Below are positions 1 to 9,190 of a stretch of DNA of 64,000 nt, one piece after another. The translations under genes and the position numbers were made by a program. The notes under the pieces are model-generated. The model was not told the DNA's origin, made no database searches, and worked only from the letters and a program-made list of their open reading frames with translations. Origin of the DNA: Candidatus Latescibacterota bacterium (GTDB taxonomy: Bacteria > Latescibacterota > UBA2968); NCBI GenBank assembly GCA_965222605.1, contig OZ244960.1:4384001-4448000 (forward strand). Reading direction: 5' to 3'. Positions within the stretch are counted from its first letter, which is position 1, and every line of letters starts with the position of its first letter.

Positions 1-87
1 CAGCACTTAATGCTGGAACAAAAAAGTCCTCAGTAAGATCAGAGGAAGATGTGTCAAGTCTGTTTGAGGAATTGAGGTCTGTTAAGT

Positions 88-297
88 TCATATTTGTTTA
101 TTCAGCCTTCTTCGCGATTCCATCGCATCGTTGCTTATCTCAGCAACATTTCTATCGGGCCAGAGATTTTGCTGCCATTTCGTATAATCGAATGGCTCTC
201 GCAAGATCAAGCTGATGAATTTTTCAGCTTCAACGATACCCAAAACATCTACCAGCGCGCGTAGCCCATGTACTCGTATTTCAGTATCGGTTCTCAT
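88..297 (-). CDS. Small antitoxin-like hypothetical protein (orphan)
   Basis: MRTDTEIRVHGLRALVDVLGIVEAEKFISLILREPFDYTKW resembles small proteins usually found next to PIN toxins. A minus-strand hairpin + T-run follows at ~18-50. Confidence 0.55.
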   Translation of the reverse strand: MRTDTEIRVHGLRALVDVLGIVEAEKFISLILREPFDYTKWQQNLWPDRNVAEISNDAMESRRRLNKQI

Positions 298-321
298 ATA
301 CAATCCCGTGGACACTTAATA

Positions 322-1182
322 TTAATCATCATCCAATAACTTCTGTGCATTTTGATATGTTATTTTGTCGAATGCTTCTTTTGCCAGGTTCAGACGCTGC
401 AGATAGTCCATTAAGCGCGTGTCGAAATAATCCCTTCCAAATAACAGGCAATCTTGAAATTCGGTCAAGAATTGTCTGCCATAAGCTTCGTCTCTGCTGA
501 TTGCGGTCAGTCCCGATCCCGCGGAGAGGTCGGCGTATAGGTTGTCGTATTGTCTGAGCATCTCGGGCACTTTGCCTCCCGGTTCAACGGGACCTGTGGG
601 ATACGCTTCTTTGTCAAACTTGCCGTCTCCAGAAATATGCGCCCAAAATCCCGGCGCATGGCCGATGAAATTGGTTTCGGGACATGCAATAATCGCCCGT
701 TCAAATGCTGCGATGCTGCCGCCATACCACCAGTTTGGTCGCGGGTAATCCCCTCGTCCGTGATCGATGGGATAATCGAGATGAATCGTGATCGGCAGGC
801 CCATTTCACCGCAGACGCGATATAGTCTGAGGGCATCCGGATCGTCAAATACCACCCGCACTTTTAGTTCGCTGGCAACCCGAATTCCGTGAATTTCTAC
901 GGCTGCTTTCAAGCGGTCAATTGCATCGGGTCGCTTTGGGTGTGGCATATATCCCAGTACAAATCGGTCGGGGGCTGTGCGCCCCACCTGAATCACGTCT
1001 TCGAGGGGGATGCATACGCCTGTTGGGGGCAATACTTTGTGATAACTGGGACTGTATTCGTCTTCTGGCGCTTCCCATGAGAACAGCCACATCTGGTCGA
1101 TGTTTTGCTCGTCCATGTTTTTCAATATTTTTTCAGCGTTAAATCCGTGCCAGTTTGGGTGATTGTGCGCGTCGATTAACAT
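322..1182 (-). CDS. Amidohydrolase family protein (Amidohydro_2)
   Basis: IDAHNH metal motif, IGHAPG, DLSAGSG, LFGRD. Confidence 0.85.
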   Translation of the reverse strand: MLIDAHNHPNWHGFNAEKILKNMDEQNIDQMWLFSWEAPEDEYSPSYHKVLPPTGVCIPLEDVIQVGRTAPDRFVLGYMPHPKRPDAIDRLKAAVEIHGIRVASELKVRVVFDDPDALRLYRVCGEMGLPITIHLDYPIDHGRGDYPRPNWWYGGSIAAFERAIIACPETNFIGHAPGFWAHISGDGKFDKEAYPTGPVEPGGKVPEMLRQYDNLYADLSAGSGLTAISRDEAYGRQFLTEFQDCLLFGRDYFDTRLMDYLQRLNLAKEAFDKITYQNAQKLLDDD

Positions 1183-1194
1183 GTAAATCTCCTT

Positions 1195-2268
1195 TTAAAC
1201 CAGATACGCGCCATCTCGAATGATTTCGCGTGTTTTTCCGTCTGCGGAAATCAACAGGAGTGACGCCGCTTGAATCGGGCTGTCTTTGGCATAGACGATG
1301 TCCTGGTGAACAATATGTGCGGGGGATTTGAAATGTTCTGGCCCAATTGTGCCGCCGAGATGTTCGCTGCGTCCATAAGCCCAGTGAAAGCCCGCTTTTT
1401 CATCTTCTAACACATTGTCCCAAACAACAGCTTTTGGATTACAGCCCAGGGCAAATTCGGCGATGTTGGCGCGCATCGGGTCTTTGTTGAAATATGCTTT
1501 GAGTCTCGCGGCTTGTGTTGTTTCTCCCGCGACATCTACAATCCGATTGTTCTCGACCCGAAATACGACCACATCGCCATCATCACTGACGGGTATTTCG
1601 CCTTCTGTGCGACTCGGTTCGCCGTCTCTTTCACCTTCGTAGGGTACCTGAAAACTTTCTCCACTCGGCAAGTTGATAATGGGAAAGGCCGAGTTTGCCT
1701 TTTCTCGGGGCAGTTGCCCGTCGTCTTTGTGGGCTTCTCGGAAGCGCAGATCAACCGTCCATTTGTGGCCGGTTGAAAAAATAACCCGTGCGTATTCTGC
1801 TTCGGAGAGGGCGTCCATTAAAATCTGGCAGCGGCGCGCCACTTCGGTATAATCCGCAGAAAGCGCGGTTTCTTCCATGCGTCGGGCAACGCCTGGCAAT
1901 GACGCCGCGCGAAAATCATCGTGTGAACGCGCCCAGGCAGATAGGGGTGCCGTGGCGGAGAATTGCGTGAGTGCATTTACCATTGTCGCTTGCGATAGGC
2001 CGTCGCGCAAGGGGATGGGGTCGCCTTTGTCGAGGGGCAAATTGCCATTGTGTACACCGGTTGCGGGAAAGGCGATTAATGGCAGTACGTTAAAGCCGAC
2101 CCGTTCGCCGAGCGATACCCACGCTGCACGCCATTCGGCGGCCATTTCCCGGCGCTCTTGCCATGCCTGGTGATCGCGCAGTTCACCGTGTGGCACATCG
2201 GCAATGACGGCTACTGTTTCATCGGGTTCGGGATGAAATACATCTGTGAATAATTTGTGTAGATCCAT
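1195..2268 (-). CDS. M29-like aminopeptidase/metallopeptidase
   Basis: NLPSGE, NIAEFALGCNP, LEDEKAGFHWAYG, HQD motifs. Confidence 0.75.
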   Translation of the reverse strand: MDLHKLFTDVFHPEPDETVAVIADVPHGELRDHQAWQERREMAAEWRAAWVSLGERVGFNVLPLIAFPATGVHNGNLPLDKGDPIPLRDGLSQATMVNALTQFSATAPLSAWARSHDDFRAASLPGVARRMEETALSADYTEVARRCQILMDALSEAEYARVIFSTGHKWTVDLRFREAHKDDGQLPREKANSAFPIINLPSGESFQVPYEGERDGEPSRTEGEIPVSDDGDVVVFRVENNRIVDVAGETTQAARLKAYFNKDPMRANIAEFALGCNPKAVVWDNVLEDEKAGFHWAYGRSEHLGGTIGPEHFKSPAHIVHQDIVYAKDSPIQAASLLLISADGKTREIIRDGAYLV

Positions 2269-2269
2269 T

Positions 2270-3082
2270 TTACAAATTGTCCAATACTGCGCGCAATTGC
2301 CGTACGCCTTTTAGCATTAATTCCGGCGATCCCCAGTGTTCAATACTCACATTGCCGGTATAACCGTCTGATAGGACCATTTTGAGCAGGTCTTCGTATT
2401 GCATATTGCTTTCGCGAATGGGGTCCAGTTCTTTATCGGGATTGGGCTTGACGTGCAGATGGGTGATCCGTCCTTTAATCTGTTCATATCCGTCGGGTAC
2501 GGCTTGTTCGCCACATCCAACGCCGTTGTTCACATCCCAGCAAAAGCTAAATCCCGTTGTATCGCCCAGGGCGTCGGCGACCATTCTCGCTTCCGCGCAA
2601 CTGCCGGCAATGGTCGCGCCTTCATTTTCCAGTGATAGGGTGACGCCTTCGCGTTCGGCCGTTTTGGCAATGGGTTCGAGAAATGGCACGATGACATCGA
2701 GATAATTCTCAACGCCGGGTCGATTTTCCCGGTCTCCTTGTCTCCGATTGGGATTCCACAGGGAAAATCCGCGGATGACGGTTGTGTTAAACGCTTTTGC
2801 CAGTTCGATCATGCGGTCAAACATGCGCTGGTGTCCGGCTTTTTCTCGGTCGCTGTCGTGCGCGCATTTGCCCACGGGCGAGCCAACGGACATAACGGTC
2901 GCGTTATACTTTGCCAGTACGTCCTGGACGCGCTTCAATTCGTCGTTGTCGATTTCCTGTACGCGCTTGCCCCAGATGCCGCCGCGCAGTTCAATCCCCG
3001 TTGCACCCGCTTCTACGCCCAGGCGCACAGATTTATCAAAATCGGCTTTGTCGATTTCATCTGCAAAATAGCACAGTTCCAT
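2270..3082 (-). CDS. Sugar phosphate isomerase/epimerase (xylose-isomerase-like TIM barrel)
   Basis: FADEI start; LENE, WDVNN, HLHVK, SIEH metal ligands. Confidence 0.8.
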   Translation of the reverse strand: MELCYFADEIDKADFDKSVRLGVEAGATGIELRGGIWGKRVQEIDNDELKRVQDVLAKYNATVMSVGSPVGKCAHDSDREKAGHQRMFDRMIELAKAFNTTVIRGFSLWNPNRRQGDRENRPGVENYLDVIVPFLEPIAKTAEREGVTLSLENEGATIAGSCAEARMVADALGDTTGFSFCWDVNNGVGCGEQAVPDGYEQIKGRITHLHVKPNPDKELDPIRESNMQYEDLLKMVLSDGYTGNVSIEHWGSPELMLKGVRQLRAVLDNL

Positions 3083-3131
3083 CCCTTCCCCCTAATAAGT
3101 GGTCAACGTGACTTGGTGCCATATCATATAA

Positions 3132-3260
3132 GGGAATTATATACTTTAATAACCGTCAGGCTACGAGTATATTTCTTGCTTCTTTGTGCATTGCCACAAT
3201 ACTTGCTGGTCTTACATGCACTCCACAAGCGTAAATTTCGGGCATTCCAACCGTATTATT
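3132..3260 (-). ncRNA. Predicted TnpB omegaRNA scaffold (3' part; 5' boundary uncertain)
   Basis: Overlaps the tnpB 3' end. Typical TTTACGCTTGTGGAG..GTAAGACC..GAAGCAAGAA layout with a GTGCAT/ATGCAC stem, followed by an ATATACT..AGTATAT hairpin. Confidence 0.6.
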
Positions 3261-4346
3261 GCGAACATTTATCGCCGCGTTTATGTCTCTGTCATGCTCT
3301 GTAAAGCATTCTGGACACGTCCATACCCTGACGTGTAATGGCATATCGTCAACTTTATGACCACATAAAGAGCACGTCTTTGACGACGGATAAAAGGTAT
3401 CCAATTTCACTATGTCACGCCCATACCAATCGGCTTTGTAGCACAAAAAGGACACAAACTGTCCCCATGAGACATCGGCGATTGCTCTGGATAGACGCCT
3501 GTTCTTCAGCATATTTTGTATTTTGAGACTCTCTACGCCTATTGCTTGGTTCTCGTCAATAAGCATTTTTGAGAGTTTATGCTGAAAATTACGCCTCACA
3601 TTGGCAATCTTTGATTGTATCTTTGCCACTTTAAGTCTTGCTTTGTCTCTGTTCTTTGACCCTTTTTTACGTCTCGATAACACTCTTTGAGTACGTATCA
3701 GCTTCTTATATAAGGAATCAAATACTCTCGGATTTGCTATTTTGTCGCCATCAGACGTAATAGCAAAGTGGTTGATACCGAGATCAATGCCTATCTTTGC
3801 TTTGAGTGGTTTGAGTTGTGCTATTGTCTCAATGACTGATATAGAGACAAAATACCGACCACATGTGTCTTTGGACACAGTGGCACTGCGTATCTCACAT
3901 TCTTTTGGCAGTGGCCTGTGATAATTCACTTTTATGTCGCCGTCTATTTTTTGTAGCTTAATACCTCGCTCTATGAGACAAAAATCATTGTGCCTGTAAT
4001 ACGCACTCTGGCGAGCATACTTGCTCTTAAACTTAGGCTTTCCTGCTTGACCCTTGAAAAATCTATTGAAAGCTGTGTTGAGATTCCTTAATGCTTGCGT
4101 CAATGGTATCCGCAACACGTCATTGAGCCACAACTTGTCTGTTTCTTGCTTCAAAAGCGTCAGGTCTCTCGATAATTGTGTAATTGAAAGAGACTCGTTG
4201 CTTTCACGATATGCCGATTGTTTTTTGTCCAGTGCCCAGTTATAGACATATCGGACACAACCGAATGTCTGTGAAAGTGACAAACACTGTGCTTTGTTAG
4301 GATAGAGGCGATACTTATATGCCTTATATATAGCCACCTTTTTCAT
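3156..4346 (-). CDS. tnpB: RNA-guided endonuclease TnpB
   Basis: N-terminal KAYKYRLYP; RuvC-I GIDLG, RuvC-II VESL, Zn finger CSLC/CPEC, RuvC-III DRDINAA. Catalytic D-E-D intact. Confidence 0.95.
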   Translation of the reverse strand: MKKVAIYKAYKYRLYPNKAQCLSLSQTFGCVRYVYNWALDKKQSAYRESNESLSITQLSRDLTLLKQETDKLWLNDVLRIPLTQALRNLNTAFNRFFKGQAGKPKFKSKYARQSAYYRHNDFCLIERGIKLQKIDGDIKVNYHRPLPKECEIRSATVSKDTCGRYFVSISVIETIAQLKPLKAKIGIDLGINHFAITSDGDKIANPRVFDSLYKKLIRTQRVLSRRKKGSKNRDKARLKVAKIQSKIANVRRNFQHKLSKMLIDENQAIGVESLKIQNMLKNRRLSRAIADVSWGQFVSFLCYKADWYGRDIVKLDTFYPSSKTCSLCGHKVDDMPLHVRVWTCPECFTEHDRDINAAINVRNNTVGMPEIYACGVHVRPASIVAMHKEARNILVA

Positions 4347-4352
4347 AGTATA

Positions 4353-4381
4353 AATATACATAAAAACAATACGTTGTGCAA
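4353..4381 (-). promoter_or_regulatory. sigma70 promoter for tnpB (probably leaderless mRNA)
   Basis: TTGCAC-17bp-TATATT ending 6 nt before the ATG. Confidence 0.55.
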
Positions 4382-4451
4382 CAAAAATACACATCAATGG
4401 TTACTAAAATATATAATTCCCTTATTTTTGATTTTTCATTATCATGAGCGT

Positions 4452-4772
4452 ATGAATGAACAGACACGCAAAAAAATTCTGCAATCCACACCGCACCAGA
4501 AGGGGATTCGCAAGGTCGATAGAAAACGCCTGCTCGCGCAATTGGCCCGCGCTGAGCCGCCGCCCGATTACGATCGCTATATGCGATCCAAATCGTGGCA
4601 AATTAAAAGGCAGAAGTTTCTCGCCCATTACAATTGCCAATGCGTTCTGTGCGGTAGCAAAGAGCATTTACACGTCCACCACCTGCACTATCAGACCCTG
4701 GGCAAAGAGCGCGTGGAAGATGTGATTGTTTGCTGCAGGCGGTGTCATTTTATTGAACACTTTAAGAAGTGA
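4452..4772 (+). CDS. Small HNH endonuclease
   Basis: YMRSKSWQIKR, CVLCG..LHVHHLHY..LG.E..D...CCRRCH. Confidence 0.85.
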   Translation: MNEQTRKKILQSTPHQKGIRKVDRKRLLAQLARAEPPPDYDRYMRSKSWQIKRQKFLAHYNCQCVLCGSKEHLHVHHLHYQTLGKERVEDVIVCCRRCHFIEHFKK

Positions 4773-4783
4773 TCCAGTGTTTT

Positions 4784-4809
4784 GTAGGGGCGGGTCCCCG
4801 TGCCCGCCC
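4784..4809 (+). repeat. GTAG-type REP element
   Basis: GTAG followed by the palindrome GGGCGGGTC-CCC-GTGCCCGCCC. Confidence 0.65.
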
Positions 4810-4837
4810 GCAAGTGGAATTATTTCCGGAGATTTTC

Positions 4838-6118
4838 ATGCCGAATATTATCATTATTACCACGCACGATACAGGGCGGCATTTTCGGTGTTATGGTATT
4901 GATACGGTACACACGCCTGCGATTGATGCAATTGCCGAAGAGGGATTCAAATTTACCAATTATTTTACGACGAGTCCGGTGTGTAGTCCCAGCCGGGGGG
5001 CTATGCTTACGGGACGCTATCCGCAGAGCAATGGTTTGATTGGGCTGACGCATTCGCCCTGGGATTGGTGTTTTAATGAAGGGGAGCGACACCTTTCGCA
5101 TATTTTGCGCGATGCGGGCTATCACACGGCTCTTTTTGGTTTGCAACACGAAGCCTCTAATATTGATGATCTGGGTTTTGAAGCGACTTTTGCACAGCGC
5201 GATGAAACCGGCCGCCGCGCAAACGCGCTTGTGGTTGCCCAGGCTCTGGCCGATTTTCTCAAAGCAGGTGGTGTGTCCAAAACGCCATTCTACGCGCAAG
5301 TTGGTTTTTTTGAGACCCACCGCCCGCACGATTTTGGCGATGTTGAACCCGATGATAGCAAAGGTATTGATGTGCCGCCTTATCTAATTGATGACGAGAC
5401 GTCGCGACGAGAACTCGCCCTGCAACAAGGCGCGATCCGTCGCGTTGATGAGGCTGTTCAGATTATTACCGATGCATTGAGGGAAAGTGGTCTGGAAGAT
5501 GATACCCTGCTGGTCTTTACGGTTGATCACGGTATTGAATTTCCCAGGGCTAAGTGGTTTTGCTATGATGCAGGCATTGGCGTTGCATTGCTTATGCGCT
5601 GGCCCGGCGGAGGTGTTCGAGGTGGACAGACCTGTGACCATCTGCTCAGCAATGTCGATTTTTTGCCTACGCTTATGAATCTCATACAGCATCCCATTCC
5701 CGATAATGTGGAGGGCTTGAGTTTTGCCAGTGTGTTCAAAAATCCCGATGCGGAACCTGCGCGAGATGCTGCCTTTTCCATTTTTCAGGGTAGTGATAGT
5801 CGGAGCATTCGCACCGGTCGCTACAAGTTTATTCGCAATTTTAGTCCGCGGCGCCTGATAGATGTGCCCGTGGATATGACCGATCCTCCAACGCCGCGCA
5901 TCAAACAACCCGTGGCGCAACTCTACGATCTGGAAAAAGACCCGAATGAATTTGAGAATGTCGCCCAAAAATCCGAATACCGAGATGTTTATAACGCATT
6001 GAGCCAGCGCCTGTGGCAATGGATGGAAGATGTAAATGATCCCTCGCTCAAAAGTCCGATTCCCACGCCGTATTATTGGGAGGCGATGGCAGAATATCAC
6101 CAGAGAAAGGAAGGGTAA
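4838..6118 (+). CDS. Sulfatase (formylglycine-dependent)
   Basis: PNIIIITTHD, CSPSR..LTGRYP, DHG. Confidence 0.92.
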   Translation: MPNIIIITTHDTGRHFRCYGIDTVHTPAIDAIAEEGFKFTNYFTTSPVCSPSRGAMLTGRYPQSNGLIGLTHSPWDWCFNEGERHLSHILRDAGYHTALFGLQHEASNIDDLGFEATFAQRDETGRRANALVVAQALADFLKAGGVSKTPFYAQVGFFETHRPHDFGDVEPDDSKGIDVPPYLIDDETSRRELALQQGAIRRVDEAVQIITDALRESGLEDDTLLVFTVDHGIEFPRAKWFCYDAGIGVALLMRWPGGGVRGGQTCDHLLSNVDFLPTLMNLIQHPIPDNVEGLSFASVFKNPDAEPARDAAFSIFQGSDSRSIRTGRYKFIRNFSPRRLIDVPVDMTDPPTPRIKQPVAQLYDLEKDPNEFENVAQKSEYRDVYNALSQRLWQWMEDVNDPSLKSPIPTPYYWEAMAEYHQRKEG

Positions 6119-7323
6119 TGTCGAAAGGAAAAATTGTAAATCTCGCGCTCGTCGGCTGTGGCGGTATTGCTGGCGGGCATCTTCGGCGGTATGGAGAACT
6201 TATCGACAAAGGCGAAGACCGATTTCGCATTGTCGCCACGGTTGATAGCGACATCAGTCGCGCGCAGGCATTTGCCGATCAGATCAATGGCAAGGCCGGA
6301 TGGGAGGTCAAAAGTTATCCCTCGGTTGAGGATCTGCTCAATTCAGAATCCAATCTCGATGGAGCCGATATATGCAGCCCTCACGGTCTCCATCACGTGC
6401 TCGCCTGCGAGTTGCTCGAAGGCGGTGTGAATATCCTGTGCGAAAAACCCATTGGTATAACTGTTAAAGCCACGCAAAAAATTATCGATACAGCCAAACG
6501 CTGCAATAAGATCGCCGCCAATGCGGAGCAGTGTCGCCGCAGTGTTGGACAGCGCACCATTCACTGGGGGTTTAACGGTGGTCCGCTCGGCGAACCCAGA
6601 TTGTGGTATGCCATCAGATCGGGATGGCAGGATCCGGCGAATTATCCCGATTGGCACTGGCGTGTGGATCGCAAACTCGGCGGTTGCGGAATGGTTATGG
6701 ATAGCGGCGCGCACTGGGTTGATACCATGCGTTACTGGTTTGGGGAGGTCGATAGTGTTTATGCGCGTGTGGAGCAAATGGAACAGCGTCCCCACAAAAA
6801 AGGCGACGGTCTGGTAGAAGACAGTCGCGAAGATTTTTGGAGCAGTATTTTCAATTTCGAAAATGGCGTGATCGGCACGTGGTCGTGGACGATTAGCGCG
6901 CCCGGCAAGGGATTTACCCAACTCAATCTCACCGGGAGCAAGGGCACGATTGTCGAGAGCGATATTTTCCATCCGGCAGCGTCTCAGGTGCGCGGCGAAT
7001 GCCATTTTGTAGATGGTACGGCTTATGGCGTGTCCCAACTACAAGATATGTTTCTCGATTCACTGAGCCAGCGCGAAAAGGATCATCTTTTTCCATACGG
7101 TCTGACCGATGGCATGGCGATTGAATTGTGGGATTTTATCGATGCTCTGAGTATTGGGCGCGATGTCGAAATCGACGCGGAAGAGGGGCTCAAGAGCAAA
7201 GCCGTAAGCGAAGCGATTTACGAGTCTGGGAAAAGTGGAGAGGTCGTCAAGGTGGGCGATGTGATATCCGGCGAGGTCTGCGCGTATCAGGAGGATATTG
7301 ATCAGATGTGGGATTTGGTGTGA
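6118..7323 (+). CDS. Gfo/Idh/MocA oxidoreductase
   Basis: VGCGGIA, CEKP, DSGAHWVD. Coupled to the sulfatase stop via TAATG. Confidence 0.9.
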   Translation: MSKGKIVNLALVGCGGIAGGHLRRYGELIDKGEDRFRIVATVDSDISRAQAFADQINGKAGWEVKSYPSVEDLLNSESNLDGADICSPHGLHHVLACELLEGGVNILCEKPIGITVKATQKIIDTAKRCNKIAANAEQCRRSVGQRTIHWGFNGGPLGEPRLWYAIRSGWQDPANYPDWHWRVDRKLGGCGMVMDSGAHWVDTMRYWFGEVDSVYARVEQMEQRPHKKGDGLVEDSREDFWSSIFNFENGVIGTWSWTISAPGKGFTQLNLTGSKGTIVESDIFHPAASQVRGECHFVDGTAYGVSQLQDMFLDSLSQREKDHLFPYGLTDGMAIELWDFIDALSIGRDVEIDAEEGLKSKAVSEAIYESGKSGEVVKVGDVISGEVCAYQEDIDQMWDLV

Positions 7324-7340
7324 GAGGTTGGGGGCTGAGT

Positions 7341-7385
7341 AAAAAACGGGTCGCTATCTCAAGGGATAGCGACCCGTTTTTTTTT
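7341..7385. terminator. Bidirectional intrinsic terminator
   Basis: AAAAAACGGGTCGCTATC-TCAAGG-GATAGCGACCCGTTTTTT between convergent genes. Confidence 0.85.
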
Positions 7386-7776
7386 ACGTCTTTCCCGGAC
7401 GGCCGATTTCAATGAGGTTGCCGTCCGGGTCGTGTACGAAAACATAGCGCGTGCCGTCGTGTGGGCGCACGCCGGGACCTGATGCAACGCGCACGCGTTC
7501 GCGGTCGAGCGAGGTGATGACGCGATCGAAGTCAGCGACTTCAAAGGCGATGTGGCGGCGCGAGGGACGGGGGTATTCTTCGGCGAGGATCAGGTGGATT
7601 TCGAGGTCGCCACAGCGATACCAGGCGCCTGCAAAATCGTAATCTGGCCGGGGAATGGGTTGCAACCCCAAAAACTTTTCGTAAAATGCCGATGCGCGTT
7701 CGAGGTTACCTGTAACCAATGTGATATGGCTGACGCGCGTGATGCCCATGCCAGCCGATTCTATGCGATTGGCCAC
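7384..7776 (-). CDS. VOC/glyoxalase family protein
   Basis: HITL..FYEKFLGL, HIAFEV, DPDGNLIEI. Confidence 0.9.
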   Translation of the reverse strand: MANRIESAGMGITRVSHITLVTGNLERASAFYEKFLGLQPIPRPDYDFAGAWYRCGDLEIHLILAEEYPRPSRRHIAFEVADFDRVITSLDRERVRVASGPGVRPHDGTRYVFVHDPDGNLIEIGRPGKT

Positions 7777-7780
7777 CGGA

Positions 7781-8662
7781 TCAATTCTCCATCAATAAGG
7801 TTCTCATTTTACGCATGCGCGAGGGATGTTTGAGTGCCGCCAGGGCTTTGTCGCGTATTTGGCGCACGCGCTCTTTGGTCAAGTTGAGGATATTGCCAAT
7901 TTGCTCCAGCGTCATTGTTTCACCGCTGTTAATGCCAAAATAGAGACGCAACACGCGGGCGTCGCGCGGAGCCAGTGTGTTGAGCGCAGTGCGTATTTCC
8001 TCTGCCATAGATCTTTCGAGCATGGTCTCTTCGGGGCTTTCTTGATCTTTGTCTGACAACATTTCCAGCAAGCTGGTGTCAGGACCGTCTTCAAGGGACA
8101 TGTCGTATGAAACATGCCATCGCGAAGCGCTGAGGAGGTCTTGCACTTGCTTGGGGTGCAATTCGGCCTGTGCAGCGATTTCTTCGATGCGCGGCTCGCG
8201 CCCCAGCGATTGTTTGAGTTCTGCGGATATGCGTTCCAATTTGCTCAGGTGTTTGATTTTGTTGACGGGCAGTCGCACCATGCGGGCTTTTTCTGCCAAT
8301 GCCGATAAGATGCCCTGCCGAATCCACCAGACTCCATACGTGGTGAATTTGACACCAACGGTTTCGTCATAGCGGGTGGCCGCGCGAACAAGCCCCATGT
8401 TCCCTTCGGCAATGAGGTCTTCAAGGAGCAAGCCGCGTCCCTGATATTCTTTCGCTATGGTAATGACAAACCGCAAATTGGATTCGATCATTTTATTCAG
8501 ACTTTTGCGGTCTCCTTTGCGAATGCGCTTGGCCAGATCAATTTCTTCTTGTGGCGTGAGCAATTCGCTGTAGGCTATGTCTTTGAAATAGAGTTCCAGT
8601 GCAGAACTACTGCCTCCATTTGTGCTGGTTGAGGTTTTGTAGTTCATGAGTGCGGCAGACAT
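7781..8662 (-). CDS. RNA polymerase sigma factor, RpoD/SigA family (short form, no region 1.1)
   Basis: NLRFVITIAK, DLIAEGNMGL, KFTTYGVWWIRQ, TLEQIG..TKERVRQI. Confidence 0.9.
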   Translation of the reverse strand: MSAALMNYKTSTSTNGGSSSALELYFKDIAYSELLTPQEEIDLAKRIRKGDRKSLNKMIESNLRFVITIAKEYQGRGLLLEDLIAEGNMGLVRAATRYDETVGVKFTTYGVWWIRQGILSALAEKARMVRLPVNKIKHLSKLERISAELKQSLGREPRIEEIAAQAELHPKQVQDLLSASRWHVSYDMSLEDGPDTSLLEMLSDKDQESPEETMLERSMAEEIRTALNTLAPRDARVLRLYFGINSGETMTLEQIGNILNLTKERVRQIRDKALAALKHPSRMRKMRTLLMEN

Positions 8663-9190
8663 GTATTTCCCCCGTGACTGAGAAATCGACTCTCTTGATC
8701 GAGTGTCTTGTGTTTCACCTCGTCAAAGGTTCACAATAAGAGAAGCATATACTGTGACACCTTCCGACTCCTGTATGGGAGAGAATCGGTTGTTGCCAGA
8801 ATATATGGCACATCGATCATGGGGAGACCAATGGCCTGATTATGTGACAACTTAGGTTCGGGGAGTGTTACTTTGGGGAGTTGATTTGGATGGAGAATGA
8901 TCACGAGCCGCAGGGGAGCGGTGTGCTCGACCAAATCGTAGTGTGGGGCAAGTATTGAGGGGAAAAATAATACTTGAGCAGACAAGATAGCGGATTCAGT
9001 TTTGGAATGCAACCCCTTTTCTATGCTATTCTCCTGATATTTTGAAACTCAAGGCCGTATTTTTTAGTTTTTTTAATGAAATACTTATTGACCTATTGAG
9101 AGAAAATAATAAATGGAATTTCATTTGTCAATAAATAACTCTTGTTTAACAAGTTACAGGTAGCGTTTTACAATTTGGTAAAAGCTACCG

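Larger units (their letters stand above)
3128..4425. mobile_element. Non-autonomous TIR-bounded element carrying tnpB (IS1595/ISNwi1-like ends)
   Basis: 27-bp inverted repeats at 3128-3154 (ATAAGGGAATTATATACTTTAATAACC) and 4399-4425 (GGTTACTAAAATATATAATTCCCTTAT), 25/27 match. Interior is AT-rich and holds only tnpB. Confidence 0.7.

Noticed and set aside
3100-3160. Canonical IS605/IS607 right end
   Set aside because: No GC-rich subterminal hairpin with a TCAA/TCAC end and no serine-recombinase or Y1 tnpA. The TIR explains the boundary better.
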